A stretch of 64,000 bases of DNA from Minisyncoccota bacterium (GCA_041666545.1 JBAYGS010000004.1:8610-72609); one strand, 5' to 3'; counted from the stretch's first letter, positions 18,520 to 28,074 are shown. Notes: generated by a model not told the origin, from the sequence alone. Made by a program: numbers and translations.

Positions 18520-19848
18520 ATGGCTTTAAATTTGAATGAGGTCCGGAAAGTTTATTTTCTAGGCATTGGTGGGATCGGTATTTCGGCGATTGCCCGGATG
18601 TTTTTGGCTCGAGGTGTCAAGGTGTCCGGTTCCGATATCGGCGAAAGCGAGATAACTAAAGAGCTGGTTAGGCTTGGAGCAAAAATTATTTTTGGCCAAG
18701 ATTTGAATTTGATTCCCAAGGATTCAGATCTGATCATATATACCAAAGCCCTTGAGGTTTCAGCTCCGGATTTTTTGAAGCAAGTTAAATCTTTGAACAT
18801 TCCCGTTTTGTCTTATCCGGAAACTTTGTCTTTGATTTCGAAAGGTAAATTTACTATCGCGATTGCCGGGACACACGGTAAGACCACGACGACCGCGATG
18901 ATCGGGAAAATTATGATGGACGGAAAGTGTGATCCCACCCTGATTGTCGGCTCTTTGATTCAAGGTCCGACCTTGGATCGGGAAGAAGGTCGGACCTTTG
19001 CTACGAATTTTGTAAGCGGCAAAAGCGATTACTTTGTGATTGAGGCTGATGAATATCGGCGGGCCTTTCTCAATCTTTACCCGAAGATTTTAGTGATTAC
19101 CAATATTGATGCTGATCATTTGGACTATTATAAAGATTTGGAAGATGTTCAAAATGCTTTTGTCGAGTTGGTCGCCAAAGTGCCCAAAGATGGCATTTTG
19201 ATTTGTAATCCCAATTTGCCAAATTTGGCGCCGGTTTTGGATTGCGCCGCCTGCGCGATTTTGGACTACAGCTCGACTGATATTTCCGAGCTCAAACTTA
19301 AAGTGCCAGGTCGTCACAATCGCGAGAACGCACAGGCGGCGCTAACTCTCGCCGGAGTTCTGGGAATTGATCAAAAAGTGGCCCGAAAATCTCTCGAAAA
19401 TTTCTCTGGTACTTGGCGCCGTTTTGAATACAAAGGGGAGACCAAGTCTGGGGCTTTGGTTTATGACGATTATGCCCATAACCCGCACAAAATACGGGCG
19501 GCGCTTCAGGGTGCACGAGAGTTGTATCCAAAATCCAAAATTTTTGCTGTCTTTCAGCCACATCTTTTTAGTCGGACTAAAACCCTACTTTCAGAATTTG
19601 GTCAGAGTTTCGAGGATGCCAATGAAGTTTTGCTTTTGCCGATCTATCCCGCCCGCGAGGTCTTTGATGCTTCTATTAATTCTGAAATGCTGGGTGAGAA
19701 AATAAAATCAAATGGGCAGACAGTAAGAAATTTCCATGATTTTAATTCTGCTGCAAACTATTTAAAAACTCACTCCCAAAAAGGTGATATTGTCATGATT
19801 ATTGGAGCAGGGGATATAAATAATCTAACCCGACAGATTCTGAAATGA
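18520..19848 (+). CDS. murC: UDP-N-acetylmuramate--L-alanine ligase
   Basis: GIGGIGISA, AGTHGKTTT, EADEY, DADHLD, RRFE, DDYAHNP, FQPH and GAGDI motifs. Confidence 0.96.
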   Translation: MALNLNEVRKVYFLGIGGIGISAIARMFLARGVKVSGSDIGESEITKELVRLGAKIIFGQDLNLIPKDSDLIIYTKALEVSAPDFLKQVKSLNIPVLSYPETLSLISKGKFTIAIAGTHGKTTTTAMIGKIMMDGKCDPTLIVGSLIQGPTLDREEGRTFATNFVSGKSDYFVIEADEYRRAFLNLYPKILVITNIDADHLDYYKDLEDVQNAFVELVAKVPKDGILICNPNLPNLAPVLDCAACAILDYSSTDISELKLKVPGRHNRENAQAALTLAGVLGIDQKVARKSLENFSGTWRRFEYKGETKSGALVYDDYAHNPHKIRAALQGARELYPKSKIFAVFQPHLFSRTKTLLSEFGQSFEDANEVLLLPIYPAREVFDASINSEMLGEKIKSNGQTVRNFHDFNSAANYLKTHSQKGDIVMIIGAGDINNLTRQILK

Positions 19849-19879
19849 CTTTTAACTAAGTCGCTGGTAATTAAAAGTA

Positions 19880-19909
19880 TATTCTGATATTCTTGAGAAC
19901 ATCAGAATA
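19880..19909. promoter_or_regulatory. 30-bp palindrome upstream of the HTH gene (second copy at 20190-20219)
   Basis: TATTCTGATATTCT-TG-AGAACATCAGAATA; 26/30 identical to the copy at the gene end. Confidence 0.75.
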
Positions 19910-19935
19910 GTCAGTCGATTCTTTAACTTGGGTAA

Positions 19936-20220
19936 ATGGCAAAATTGGATCATAAAACTTATCGGGCTCTAGAGCGATTGGTGCGCGGGTTTTCTAATCA
20001 CCGACGAATTGAAATGCTTAATCTTGTAGAAAATAATCCGGAGCTATCTGTTGAGGAAATTTCTAGAAAATTGAATATTAATTATAAAACTACCGCGGAT
20101 CACCTGCGACGCCTGACAATTGCCGGGCTATTATTGAAGAGATCGGATTCAGTTTCGATTAGACACAAACTGACTTCGCGTGCTAACCATGTTCTGAAGT
20201 TCTTGAGAACATTAGAATAA
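19936..20220 (+). CDS. ArsR-like winged helix-turn-helix protein
   Basis: FSNHRRIEML, LSVEEISRKL and TTADHLRRLTIAGLL pattern. Confidence 0.8.
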   Translation: MAKLDHKTYRALERLVRGFSNHRRIEMLNLVENNPELSVEEISRKLNINYKTTADHLRRLTIAGLLLKRSDSVSIRHKLTSRANHVLKFLRTLE

Positions 20221-20229
20221 TAAAAAATT

Positions 20230-20904
20230 ATGGGGACACTTTTTGTTATAGGGACACCAATTGGTAATCTGGAGGATATCACTTTACGGGCTTTGAGAAT
20301 TTTCAAAGAGGTTGATGTGATTTTGTGTGAGGATACTCGCACGACTCAAAATTTGCTCAAGCATTATCAGATTATCGACAAGAGGCTTTCGGCTTACAAC
20401 GACCAGAAGAGTGGCATTTCGGCCGAGAAGGCGATTGCATGGCTTGAGGAGGGGATGAATCTGGCTTTGGTGACGGATGCCGGGACACCGGGAATTTCCG
20501 ATCCTGGCTCAATGCTGGTCAAAGCTGTCAGGGAAAAAATGCCGGAAGTAAAAATTGAGTCGGTGCCGGGACCGAGCGCGCTTACCTCGGCGTTATCAAT
20601 CTCAGGTCTTTTGATCAATGATTTTGTTTTTCTCGGATTTCTTCCGCACAAGAAGGGGAGAGAGACTTTGTTCAAAGAAATCGCTGGCATGGAAAGAGCG
20701 GCCATTTTCTACGAATCGCCACATCGGATTTTGAAAACCTTGGAATCACTTCAGAAATTTTCTCCGGAGAAAAAAATTACGATTGTTAAAGAATTGACCA
20801 AAATCCACGAAGAAGTCATTTCTGGCACCGCTTCCGAAGCCCTAGAATTTTTTGCTAAAAATAAGGACAAAGTAAGAGGGGAGTTTGTTGTAATTGTAAA
20901 CTAA
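20230..20904 (+). CDS. rsmI: 16S rRNA (cytidine1402-2'-O)-methyltransferase
   Basis: GTPIGNLEDITLRAL, CEDTR, DAGTPGISDPG, YESPHR, ELTKIHEE and GEFV motifs. Confidence 0.96.
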   Translation: MGTLFVIGTPIGNLEDITLRALRIFKEVDVILCEDTRTTQNLLKHYQIIDKRLSAYNDQKSGISAEKAIAWLEEGMNLALVTDAGTPGISDPGSMLVKAVREKMPEVKIESVPGPSALTSALSISGLLINDFVFLGFLPHKKGRETLFKEIAGMERAAIFYESPHRILKTLESLQKFSPEKKITIVKELTKIHEEVISGTASEALEFFAKNKDKVRGEFVVIVN

Positions 20905-21087
20905 ATACATAGGCCAGACCTATGTATTGACAGAAGTTGTAATTTATGTATAGTTAGAAGTGGAAGGTTCTTTGAGTTAAACGGGTTTTAGACCCAAAAG
21001 AGCTAAAACGAGACAAGTTGGTCTTTGGCGAACACGTCTCAAACAAGGGCCTAAAGCACCAAGTGCTCGGCCAGAGAAGGACAAGTT

Positions 21088-21789
21088 ATGTGTGATAACA
21101 AGTCTGCAATCATGACGACTCGGCAGGCGGCCGAGTTGGACCATGCGTTCGGGAGAAACGGTTGGACCTCGGAGGATGTGAAGAAATTGTCGGCGGGGAA
21201 TACCTTGGTGCAAGTTCTAAGAGTTATTCGCAATCAAGCCGAAATCGTCCCTAAGCCGAAATCCCAACCCGCACTCCCAAAAATACCAGCCCCTCTTATC
21301 ATCGACCGCACCACTCCATTCAACCCTGTAGCTTTTATTGGCCAGGGTTCGACCATCTGGCGTGGGCCCAAAGATGGTGACGGTCTCATCGGCGAGGAAG
21401 AGCAGGACAAACGCTCTCTCGCTCTTACGGTATTTGATGCGTCCAAGATCACCGCCGCCAACTTCCAAACCGGTTTTTACCCTGGTGAGACGGTAATCAC
21501 CGGTGAGGTCAAATTGGTTCGGCTCACCACCCAAATGATCCAAGCCGATGCCAAGATTGCCGAGGTGCTCTACCGGGAGGAGGGTCAAAAAACCCTCCGC
21601 CACCTCTACGACACCTTCGGTGTTACCTGGTTGGAGTTTATGGGCACAGTTCTGCGCAATTATCCGTATGGCAGTCGCGGCGTCCTCCTCCTCCGCCGCA
21701 AATTCAGTGGTTTGTGGATCTGGAACCATAGCCTGATTAGTGGTCGTGATTTTGTCGCTAGTAATTGGGCTCTTGGTTTAGCAGGTTAG
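21088..21789 (+). CDS. Hypothetical protein
   Basis: Promoter TTGACA-N16-TATAGT (20927-20954), a long structured leader, AAGGA, and a terminator at 21796-21829. Confidence 0.7.
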   Translation: MCDNKSAIMTTRQAAELDHAFGRNGWTSEDVKKLSAGNTLVQVLRVIRNQAEIVPKPKSQPALPKIPAPLIIDRTTPFNPVAFIGQGSTIWRGPKDGDGLIGEEEQDKRSLALTVFDASKITAANFQTGFYPGETVITGEVKLVRLTTQMIQADAKIAEVLYREEGQKTLRHLYDTFGVTWLEFMGTVLRNYPYGSRGVLLLRRKFSGLWIWNHSLISGRDFVASNWALGLAG

Positions 21790-21935
21790 TTATCCGGCCG
21801 GAAACGCTTTGCGTTTCCGGCCTCTTTTTATGCTTTTCTTCTGTTCTTATACTTATACCTATACTTCATACCTACACTATCTCCCTGTTCCACTCGTGTC
21901 TCTTTTGTGGTATAGTCGCGCCAGAAAGGATTCCT

Positions 21936-22304
21936 ATGAGCACACCGACGACGTTCCGTGCTCATCTGGAAATCGATGGGCACTTGAAAAATGGAGAGAT
22001 CCACAAGGCCCTGAAGGCAATTGATGGTTTTCCTAAACCCGAAAGAGTTGCCCAGTTGCTTAAGGTCTTGGCCAAAGTCAAAACCTACGAGCGGACTGGC
22101 AATTGGAAAGAGTGGGTGGAAACTAATTTGCACGCGCTGGCTGCCAAGTTTCTCGAGTTGGGCGAACTTACCAAGGCCGAGGAGGTGATTGCGATGATGT
22201 CTATATCCAACAAGAGACGAGGGGAGGCCGAAGCGCTTCTCAAGCAAACAGTCGCTAATATGCAGGAAGCTTCTCGGGGAGCTGATCAGATTTCGGAAGA
22301 GTAG
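21936..22304 (+). CDS. Hypothetical helical protein
   Basis: ATG preceded by GAAAGGA; terminator at 22310-22344. Confidence 0.6.
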   Translation: MSTPTTFRAHLEIDGHLKNGEIHKALKAIDGFPKPERVAQLLKVLAKVKTYERTGNWKEWVETNLHALAAKFLELGELTKAEEVIAMMSISNKRRGEAEALLKQTVANMQEASRGADQISEE

Positions 22305-22346
22305 ACGATGGCCCAAGTTTTGCTCGGCAAAACTTGGGCCTTTTAA

Positions 22347-22483
22347 GTTGAGAACCCTTACGAATAGGGCATGCGAATAAGGATTCAATTAGGAACCGTT
22401 GGTTATTGTTTTTTGGCCATCGGTTATTTTTGCCGGTTCCAAACCCTTTATATTCGTGTGCCCTATTCGTAAGGGTTCCCAAC
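22347..22483. mobile_element. MITE-like element: two inverted copies of the 33-bp repeat around ~70 bp
   Basis: GTTGAGAACCCTTACGAATAGGGCATGCGAATA (22347-22379) and TATTCGTGTGCCCTATTCGTAAGGGTTCCCAAC (22451-22483), with a GGTTATT-containing interior. Confidence 0.7.
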
Positions 22484-22543
22484 AATTTTTACACTCCTTC
22501 CAATCTAGAGTACAATAGCTAAAGCAGTTAATTTTTAAATTTC

Positions 22544-22777
22544 ATGTCAAAAATTTCCTACATTATTTTTTTGGGTGTTCTAGTTTTTCTCGCACCATTC
22601 ACCGCTTTTCCTTCGGCTTGGAAAACTGTTTTCTATGTAGTGGCCGGATTTTTAATCGCGGTTATCGGTTCGCTCTGTCGAAAAGAAAATCGCGCCAAGG
22701 CTTTGCCAAAAGATTTCCAAGCACCAGCCGTGAGCAGTTCTTTTGTGGAAAATAATCACTCGATTCAAAATAATTGA
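22544..22777 (+). CDS. Small two-TM membrane protein
   Basis: Two hydrophobic segments; adjoins the start of the next gene. Confidence 0.65.
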   Translation: MSKISYIIFLGVLVFLAPFTAFPSAWKTVFYVVAGFLIAVIGSLCRKENRAKALPKDFQAPAVSSSFVENNHSIQNN

Positions 22778-22779
22778 TT

Positions 22780-24018
22780 ATGCCTTGGCTTCGGTCCACA
22801 ATTAAAACTAACACTGGCCGAGCCGTTATTTTTGGCGGTATTTTGGTGGCAATAATTGTGGCGGTCGGCTATTTTCTGATTCCCAGCTTTTTGTTGCAGA
22901 CTTACTCAAGCGGTAGTGTGAACCAAGCTTTGAAGATTTTGGCCACCAGCACGCCATTTGTGGTGACACACGTGGCAACCCCGGTGCCGGTCAAGGGTAT
23001 TTATATGACCTCCTGTGTGGTTGGCTCGAAATCTTTGCGTGAAGGTCTTAAAAAAATTGCCAATGAGACCGATGTCAATTCAATAGTTATCGACATCAAA
23101 GATTTTTCAGGAAAAATTTCTTTTGAGACTGATAACCCAAAATTGAAAGGAGCGATTTCGGAACGATGTCTGGCGCGCGACATGAAGGAATTTGTCGGTG
23201 AATTGCATCAAGCAGGGATTTATGTCATCGGCCGAATCACGGTTTTTCAAGATCCTTATTATACGGCCATCCGGCCTGATTTGGCGATAAAAAAATCCAG
23301 TGACCATGAAGCGGTTTGGAAAGATTTTAAGGGTTTAAGTTTTATCGAGGCCGGAGCCAAAGATTTTTGGAGTTATATTGCCGAGCTTTCGGTTGAATCA
23401 TACAAAATTGGTTTTGATGAGTTGAACTACGACTATATCCGCTTTCCCTCGGACGGTAACATGAAAGATATTTATTATCCTTTCAGCGAGGAAACTGTCA
23501 AAGCAGATCCGGAACTCGGGATGGCCAAGGTGCTAAAATCTTTTTTTGCTTTTCTTTCGGGTGAAGTTCGGTCCAAAACCAAAGCCAAAATTTCTGCCGA
23601 CCTTTTTGGCATGACGACTACCAATCCGGATGATTTAAATATCGGCCAACTGCTGGAGTATACTTTGCCGTATTTCGATTATGTGAGCCCGATGGTTTAC
23701 CCGTCGCATTACCCGAAGGATTTTAATGGCTGGCTTGATCCGAACAAGCATCCTTATGGTGTGGTTAAATATTCGATGGACAAAGCGGTGGTGCGGGTAA
23801 AACTTTTCAATGATACGGTGGCCTCGACCAGTGTCGATGTTTTGCGACCTTGGCTTCAAGATTTTAATTACGGCGGAACTTACGGCGTGCCGGAAGTTCA
23901 GGCTCAAATGTCGGCGACTTACGATTCCGGTCTTGACTCGTGGCTTTTGTGGTCGCCGTCTAATCGCTACACAATCAAAGCACTTGGGCCAATCGCTTCA
24001 ACCACTCCGAAAGACTGA
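22780..24018 (+). CDS. Putative glycoside hydrolase (DUF4015-like), membrane anchored
   Basis: VKGIY, VIDIKD, GRITVFQD, GFDELNYDYIRFPSDG, SPMVYPSHY and RPWLQDF motifs. Confidence 0.8.
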   Translation: MPWLRSTIKTNTGRAVIFGGILVAIIVAVGYFLIPSFLLQTYSSGSVNQALKILATSTPFVVTHVATPVPVKGIYMTSCVVGSKSLREGLKKIANETDVNSIVIDIKDFSGKISFETDNPKLKGAISERCLARDMKEFVGELHQAGIYVIGRITVFQDPYYTAIRPDLAIKKSSDHEAVWKDFKGLSFIEAGAKDFWSYIAELSVESYKIGFDELNYDYIRFPSDGNMKDIYYPFSEETVKADPELGMAKVLKSFFAFLSGEVRSKTKAKISADLFGMTTTNPDDLNIGQLLEYTLPYFDYVSPMVYPSHYPKDFNGWLDPNKHPYGVVKYSMDKAVVRVKLFNDTVASTSVDVLRPWLQDFNYGGTYGVPEVQAQMSATYDSGLDSWLLWSPSNRYTIKALGPIASTTPKD

Positions 24019-24028
24019 CCTCATCTTA

Positions 24029-24087
24029 TATTCATGTGCCTCGGTTATTGTTTCTTGATTATTGGTTATTGCCTCAAGGCTCCTAAC
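24029..24087 (-). repeat. Degenerate copy of the 33-bp repeat with a GGTTATTG insert
   Basis: TATTCATGTGCC[TCGGTTATTGTTTCTTGATTATTGGTTATTGCCTC]AAGGCTCCTAAC. Confidence 0.6.
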
Positions 24088-24230
24088 TGTGTATAACTCA
24101 TTGACAGCCGAAAAAACGAGGCGTAGACTTGAAAATGGATAGTTAAACGGTAGACGTGGGGTGTGAGGACGCCCCGTGCGTACCAACGTCGTTTACCATA
24201 GGAACAAAGTCAGTCGTGGAAAGTAAAGTT

Positions 24231-24428
24231 ATGGCAAAACAAGTGAATGGCGCTCCTGTAGCGTCTGGCAAACCCAACGGTCAGTCATCTACCTGTCGGT
24301 CTCGCGCCACATCGGCGGATATTCTCGGACGTCCCTTGTCCAAGGAGCCACCGGCGGTTCGGATGACCAGTCGTTTGGGAGTGGCGGTGAGCATGGAAAT
24401 GCTCGGTGTTCCGGTTGCCGCCAGGTAA
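24231..24428 (+). CDS. Small hypothetical protein
   Basis: Promoter TTGACA-N17-TAGACT (24101-24129), structured leader, terminator at 24450-24480. Confidence 0.5.
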   Translation: MAKQVNGAPVASGKPNGQSSTCRSRATSADILGRPLSKEPPAVRMTSRLGVAVSMEMLGVPVAAR

Positions 24429-24514
24429 TCAGTTTTGCTCAAATCAACACCCCGCGGAGATTTTTCTCCGCGGGGCTTTCGTTTGCCCGTTTTTTAAACT
24501 ATAATTATTCGGTA

Positions 24515-26611
24515 ATGGCTACTCCTGAACAAGTCACATATTTTGCGCAGACTGATTATCGCAATAAACGCACACCTTTTGGCATCAAAGCCAAAGATCG
24601 AACCCGCCATGTCTATGTGATCGGTAAGACTGGTATGGGCAAGTCCACACTTCTCGAAAACATGGCCATTCAGGATATCAAGAATGGCGAAGGTTTTGCT
24701 TTTATTGACCCACACGGCAAAACGGCGGAACTTCTGCTTGATTATGTGCCGGAGAATCGGATTAAAGACGTTTTATATTTTGCGCCCTTCGATATGGATT
24801 ACCCAGTGGCTTTTAACGTGATGGAAGATGTCGGGGCAGATAAGCGACACTTGGTGGCGTCTGGTCTCATGAGTACCTTCAAAAAGATTTGGGTGGATGC
24901 TTGGTCGGCGAGAATGGAATACATTTTGAATAATACAATTTTGGCACTTTTGGAATATCCGGGTGCGACCCTGCTCGATGTGAACCGAATGCTGGCGCAG
25001 AAAGACTTTCGCAAGAAAGTCGTCGAGAATATTAAAGATGTCTCGGTCAAATCATTTTGGGTTGACGAATTTGCCAAATACACCGACAAGTTTGCGGCCG
25101 AAGCGACACCGGCGATTCAAAACAAAGTTGGTCAGTTTACTTCGAACCCACTGATTCGTAACATCATCGGTCAGCCGAAATCGACTTTTGATATCCGGCA
25201 AATGATGGATACCAAAAAAATTCTGATTATCAACCTCTCCAAAGGCAAGGTTGGCGAGACCAATGCCAACTTGTTGGGTAGTATGATGATTACCAAGATT
25301 TATCTTGGCGCCATGAGTCGTGCCGATGTGCCGGAAAAAGTTTTGAAAACTTTGCCGAACTTTTATCTCTATGTCGATGAATTTCAATCTTTTGCCAACG
25401 AGTCGTTTGCCAACATTCTCTCGGAGGCCAGAAAGTATCAATTAAACCTGACAATTGCGCACCAGTACGTCGAACAAATGTCCGAAGAAGTCCGGGCGGC
25501 GGTTTTCGGCAACGTCGGTACCATGATTTCTTTCCGAGTCGGCGCTTTCGATGCCGAGCTTTTGGAAAAGGAGTACGCGCCGCAGTTTACTGCGGAAGAT
25601 ATGGTGAACCTTGGCTTCGCGCAAATTTATCTGAAACTGATGATTGACGGTGTCAGCTCCTCGCCATTTTCGGCTCTAACTTTGCCACCAATTGCTCCGG
25701 CCGGAGTTAAGTTTACCAATGAAATTATTAAGTCTTCTCGTGAGCAATTCGCTAAGCCCCGCGTGACGGTGGAGGAGGAAATTGCCAAGGTCCAAGATGT
25801 TGGTGGTATGGGCGGGAAAATTGCCACTGCCCCGAGCGCTTCTTCCAGCACTCCTTCGGCCTATCCACCACGAGTACCAAGTCAGTCATCTCGAGATTTT
25901 TCTCGACCAGCCGGCCCGTCGGCGTCAGCAACTCCGTCAGCTCCAAGAAGTGATTTTAGAAGTCAGTCGGCGCCAAGACCGCCGGAAGCTAGAGCCGAGA
26001 GCCGTCCGTTCGAAAGCCGACCGGCTGAACCGAAAAATGAAAGACCGCCTCTTGAAGGCGCCAAAAGCTTCAAAGAAGCTCTCACTCCGCATTTGGCTAA
26101 AATTCAGGCCGAATCGGTTAAACCTGTCGAAACCCCAAAACCAATCAGCCTCAATCAGCTTAAAAAAGAGCCGGTAAGTGGACTGCCAAAGACCGAACAT
26201 AAACTTGGAGAAGGAGAGGCCTCAGATTTGAAAAAGGCTTTGGCCGATCTGATTAAGACTTCAGCTGGACCGACTGCAACTCCAACTCCGACCTCGGCCG
26301 TTCCGATCGCGACCCAAAGTGAAAAACCAAAAGTTGTGCCCGTGCCGAAAGTAGAAATTAAGCCCGCTCAAAATTCCAGTCCTCGAATTCATGAAAAGGC
26401 TTATCAAAATTCACCTAAACCGGCACCTCAAACTGCTCCAACACACCAATCTAATCAAACAAAACCGATACAGCCGGCTCGGCCGTTGCAGTCGGCCGCC
26501 CTACCTCACTCGGCTCATCAAAATCAGCCAAATAATTTTCCGCCCAAACCAAAAGGCGTGCCGGACGAGCTTTTGAAAAAAGTTCTCCAGGTTGATAAGC
26601 CGGGTCAATGA
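24515..26611 (+). CDS. VirD4/TraG/HerA-like P-loop ATPase with a Pro/Ser-rich tail
   Basis: HVYVIGKTGMGKS (Walker A), IDPHG, LYVDEFQ (Walker B), SEARKY, AHQY and GNVGT motifs. Confidence 0.85.
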   Translation: MATPEQVTYFAQTDYRNKRTPFGIKAKDRTRHVYVIGKTGMGKSTLLENMAIQDIKNGEGFAFIDPHGKTAELLLDYVPENRIKDVLYFAPFDMDYPVAFNVMEDVGADKRHLVASGLMSTFKKIWVDAWSARMEYILNNTILALLEYPGATLLDVNRMLAQKDFRKKVVENIKDVSVKSFWVDEFAKYTDKFAAEATPAIQNKVGQFTSNPLIRNIIGQPKSTFDIRQMMDTKKILIINLSKGKVGETNANLLGSMMITKIYLGAMSRADVPEKVLKTLPNFYLYVDEFQSFANESFANILSEARKYQLNLTIAHQYVEQMSEEVRAAVFGNVGTMISFRVGAFDAELLEKEYAPQFTAEDMVNLGFAQIYLKLMIDGVSSSPFSALTLPPIAPAGVKFTNEIIKSSREQFAKPRVTVEEEIAKVQDVGGMGGKIATAPSASSSTPSAYPPRVPSQSSRDFSRPAGPSASATPSAPRSDFRSQSAPRPPEARAESRPFESRPAEPKNERPPLEGAKSFKEALTPHLAKIQAESVKPVETPKPISLNQLKKEPVSGLPKTEHKLGEGEASDLKKALADLIKTSAGPTATPTPTSAVPIATQSEKPKVVPVPKVEIKPAQNSSPRIHEKAYQNSPKPAPQTAPTHQSNQTKPIQPARPLQSAALPHSAHQNQPNNFPPKPKGVPDELLKKVLQVDKPGQ

Positions 26612-28041
26612 AAAAGCCGTTTCTAATTTGTTTAGTCGCGATGGCCATTTGTTGGCCGGCTTTTGTTTTGGCGGCGCCAGTCATTTCGGAAATTATGTAT
26701 GATGTTGAAGGTACCGATACCGGCAGGGAATGGATGGAGGTATCAAACAACAGTAGCACCGCCATCAATTTGTCGGACTGGAAACTTTTTGAAGCCAGTA
26801 CCAATCACAAGCTGACTTTTGTGCGGGGCAGTGAGAGCGTTCCTGCTGGTGGTTATGCAATCGTGGCTGACGATCCGCAAAAATTTTTGGCGGATTGGCC
26901 AAATTTTTCCGGGACACTTTTTGACAGCACTTTTTCACTTTCGAATACCGGAGAGACCTTAATCTTAAGGTCGCCTGATTTGGTCGATGTTGATACGGTT
27001 TCCTACACGAATAATAATGGGGGAGCCGGCGACGGTAAATCACTCCAGAGGACTAATGACGATTGGTCAGCTGCGCTACCGACTCCCGGCTTAGCTTCGG
27101 CCCTGTCCGCCCCGACTCCACTGGCAGATAACAATAGTGGGAGCACGACAGTCGCCACCCTGGCCAATAATTCAGTTGGCTCGCACCGAATTGAGCCCTC
27201 AATTTATGCAGATGCGGGTGATGATCGCACAGTCGCCGCCGGTTCGGTTGGACTTTTTACCGCTCTTGCTTCGGGTTTAAAAAATGAGCCCTTGGAGGCC
27301 GAAAGATATTTCTGGACTTTTGGTGATGGCTCTTTCGCTGAAGGTAAAAAAATTTTTCACGCTTATGCCTCGCCTGGTACTTATCTCGCTATGCTTGAAA
27401 TCACTTCGGGTGCATATGTAGCCAGTGCAAGAGTGAAGGTGACAGTTGTGCCGGCTACGCTTTCGATTTTAAGTGTTTCCGGTGGCCCGCAAGGCGGTAT
27501 CACTCTTAAAAACGAAAGCATCTATGAGCTGGATTTATCATGGTGGCAGTTGGTTTCCGGTTCTAACAAATTTGTTTTTCCTAAAAATACGATTGTTTTG
27601 CCCAAAGCGACGGTCACTTTTCCGGTCTCGATAACCAGTCTCTCTGACATTAATCAGGGAGTTTCCTTGTTTTATCCTAATGGTGAACTGGCCAGCCGTT
27701 TTAGTTATGAGGCCGGTGTTTCTAAGTCGGCTGTCATAAATCCCACTCCGGTCGTGTCGGTGGCTAAAAAGTCTCCTCCGGTGACTGTTCCCAAAATGCA
27801 GATAGCCGAGCCGGTAATTGAAACTCAGGGTTTTGAACAGGCCGCTGCAGTTGGTTTAGTCACCAAAGATTTGGGCCAAAACCGGGGAGATAAATTTTCT
27901 TGGCCGTGGCTCTGGGGAGTCTTGGGTTTAGCCGTTTTGGCGGTTTCGGGAGTGTGGTATGTTAATAGAGCGAATAGTGACTCGGCTGGCATTGATACCG
28001 GCGGAGTTGCGCCGGGTGAATTTGATTTAATTGAAGAATGA
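26608..28041 (+). CDS. Secreted lamin-tail-domain and PKD-domain protein with a C-terminal anchor
   Basis: Signal peptide; VISEIMYD..EWMEV, LSNTGE, PTPG; WTFGDG...HAYASPGTY; C-terminal TM helix. Confidence 0.8.
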   Translation: MKKPFLICLVAMAICWPAFVLAAPVISEIMYDVEGTDTGREWMEVSNNSSTAINLSDWKLFEASTNHKLTFVRGSESVPAGGYAIVADDPQKFLADWPNFSGTLFDSTFSLSNTGETLILRSPDLVDVDTVSYTNNNGGAGDGKSLQRTNDDWSAALPTPGLASALSAPTPLADNNSGSTTVATLANNSVGSHRIEPSIYADAGDDRTVAAGSVGLFTALASGLKNEPLEAERYFWTFGDGSFAEGKKIFHAYASPGTYLAMLEITSGAYVASARVKVTVVPATLSILSVSGGPQGGITLKNESIYELDLSWWQLVSGSNKFVFPKNTIVLPKATVTFPVSITSLSDINQGVSLFYPNGELASRFSYEAGVSKSAVINPTPVVSVAKKSPPVTVPKMQIAEPVIETQGFEQAAAVGLVTKDLGQNRGDKFSWPWLWGVLGLAVLAVSGVWYVNRANSDSAGIDTGGVAPGEFDLIEE

Positions 28042-28074
28042 GGGGCAGTATAAAGTATAAGTATAGATATAAGT

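Noticed and set aside
14507-22483. 33-bp repeats as a CRISPR array or integron attC array
   Set aside because: Spacing is irregular and kilobase-scale, orientation is mixed, no cas or intI gene is present, and the AAC...GTT order of attC is not met.
24515-26611. VirD4-like ATPase as evidence of a conjugative element
   Set aside because: No relaxase, VirB genes or integrase nearby; stand-alone ATPases of this kind are common in CPR chromosomes.
28049-28074. GTATAA hexamer run (reverse-complement-like run at 21846-21868)
   Set aside because: Short, degenerate and intergenic; too weak to assign a function.
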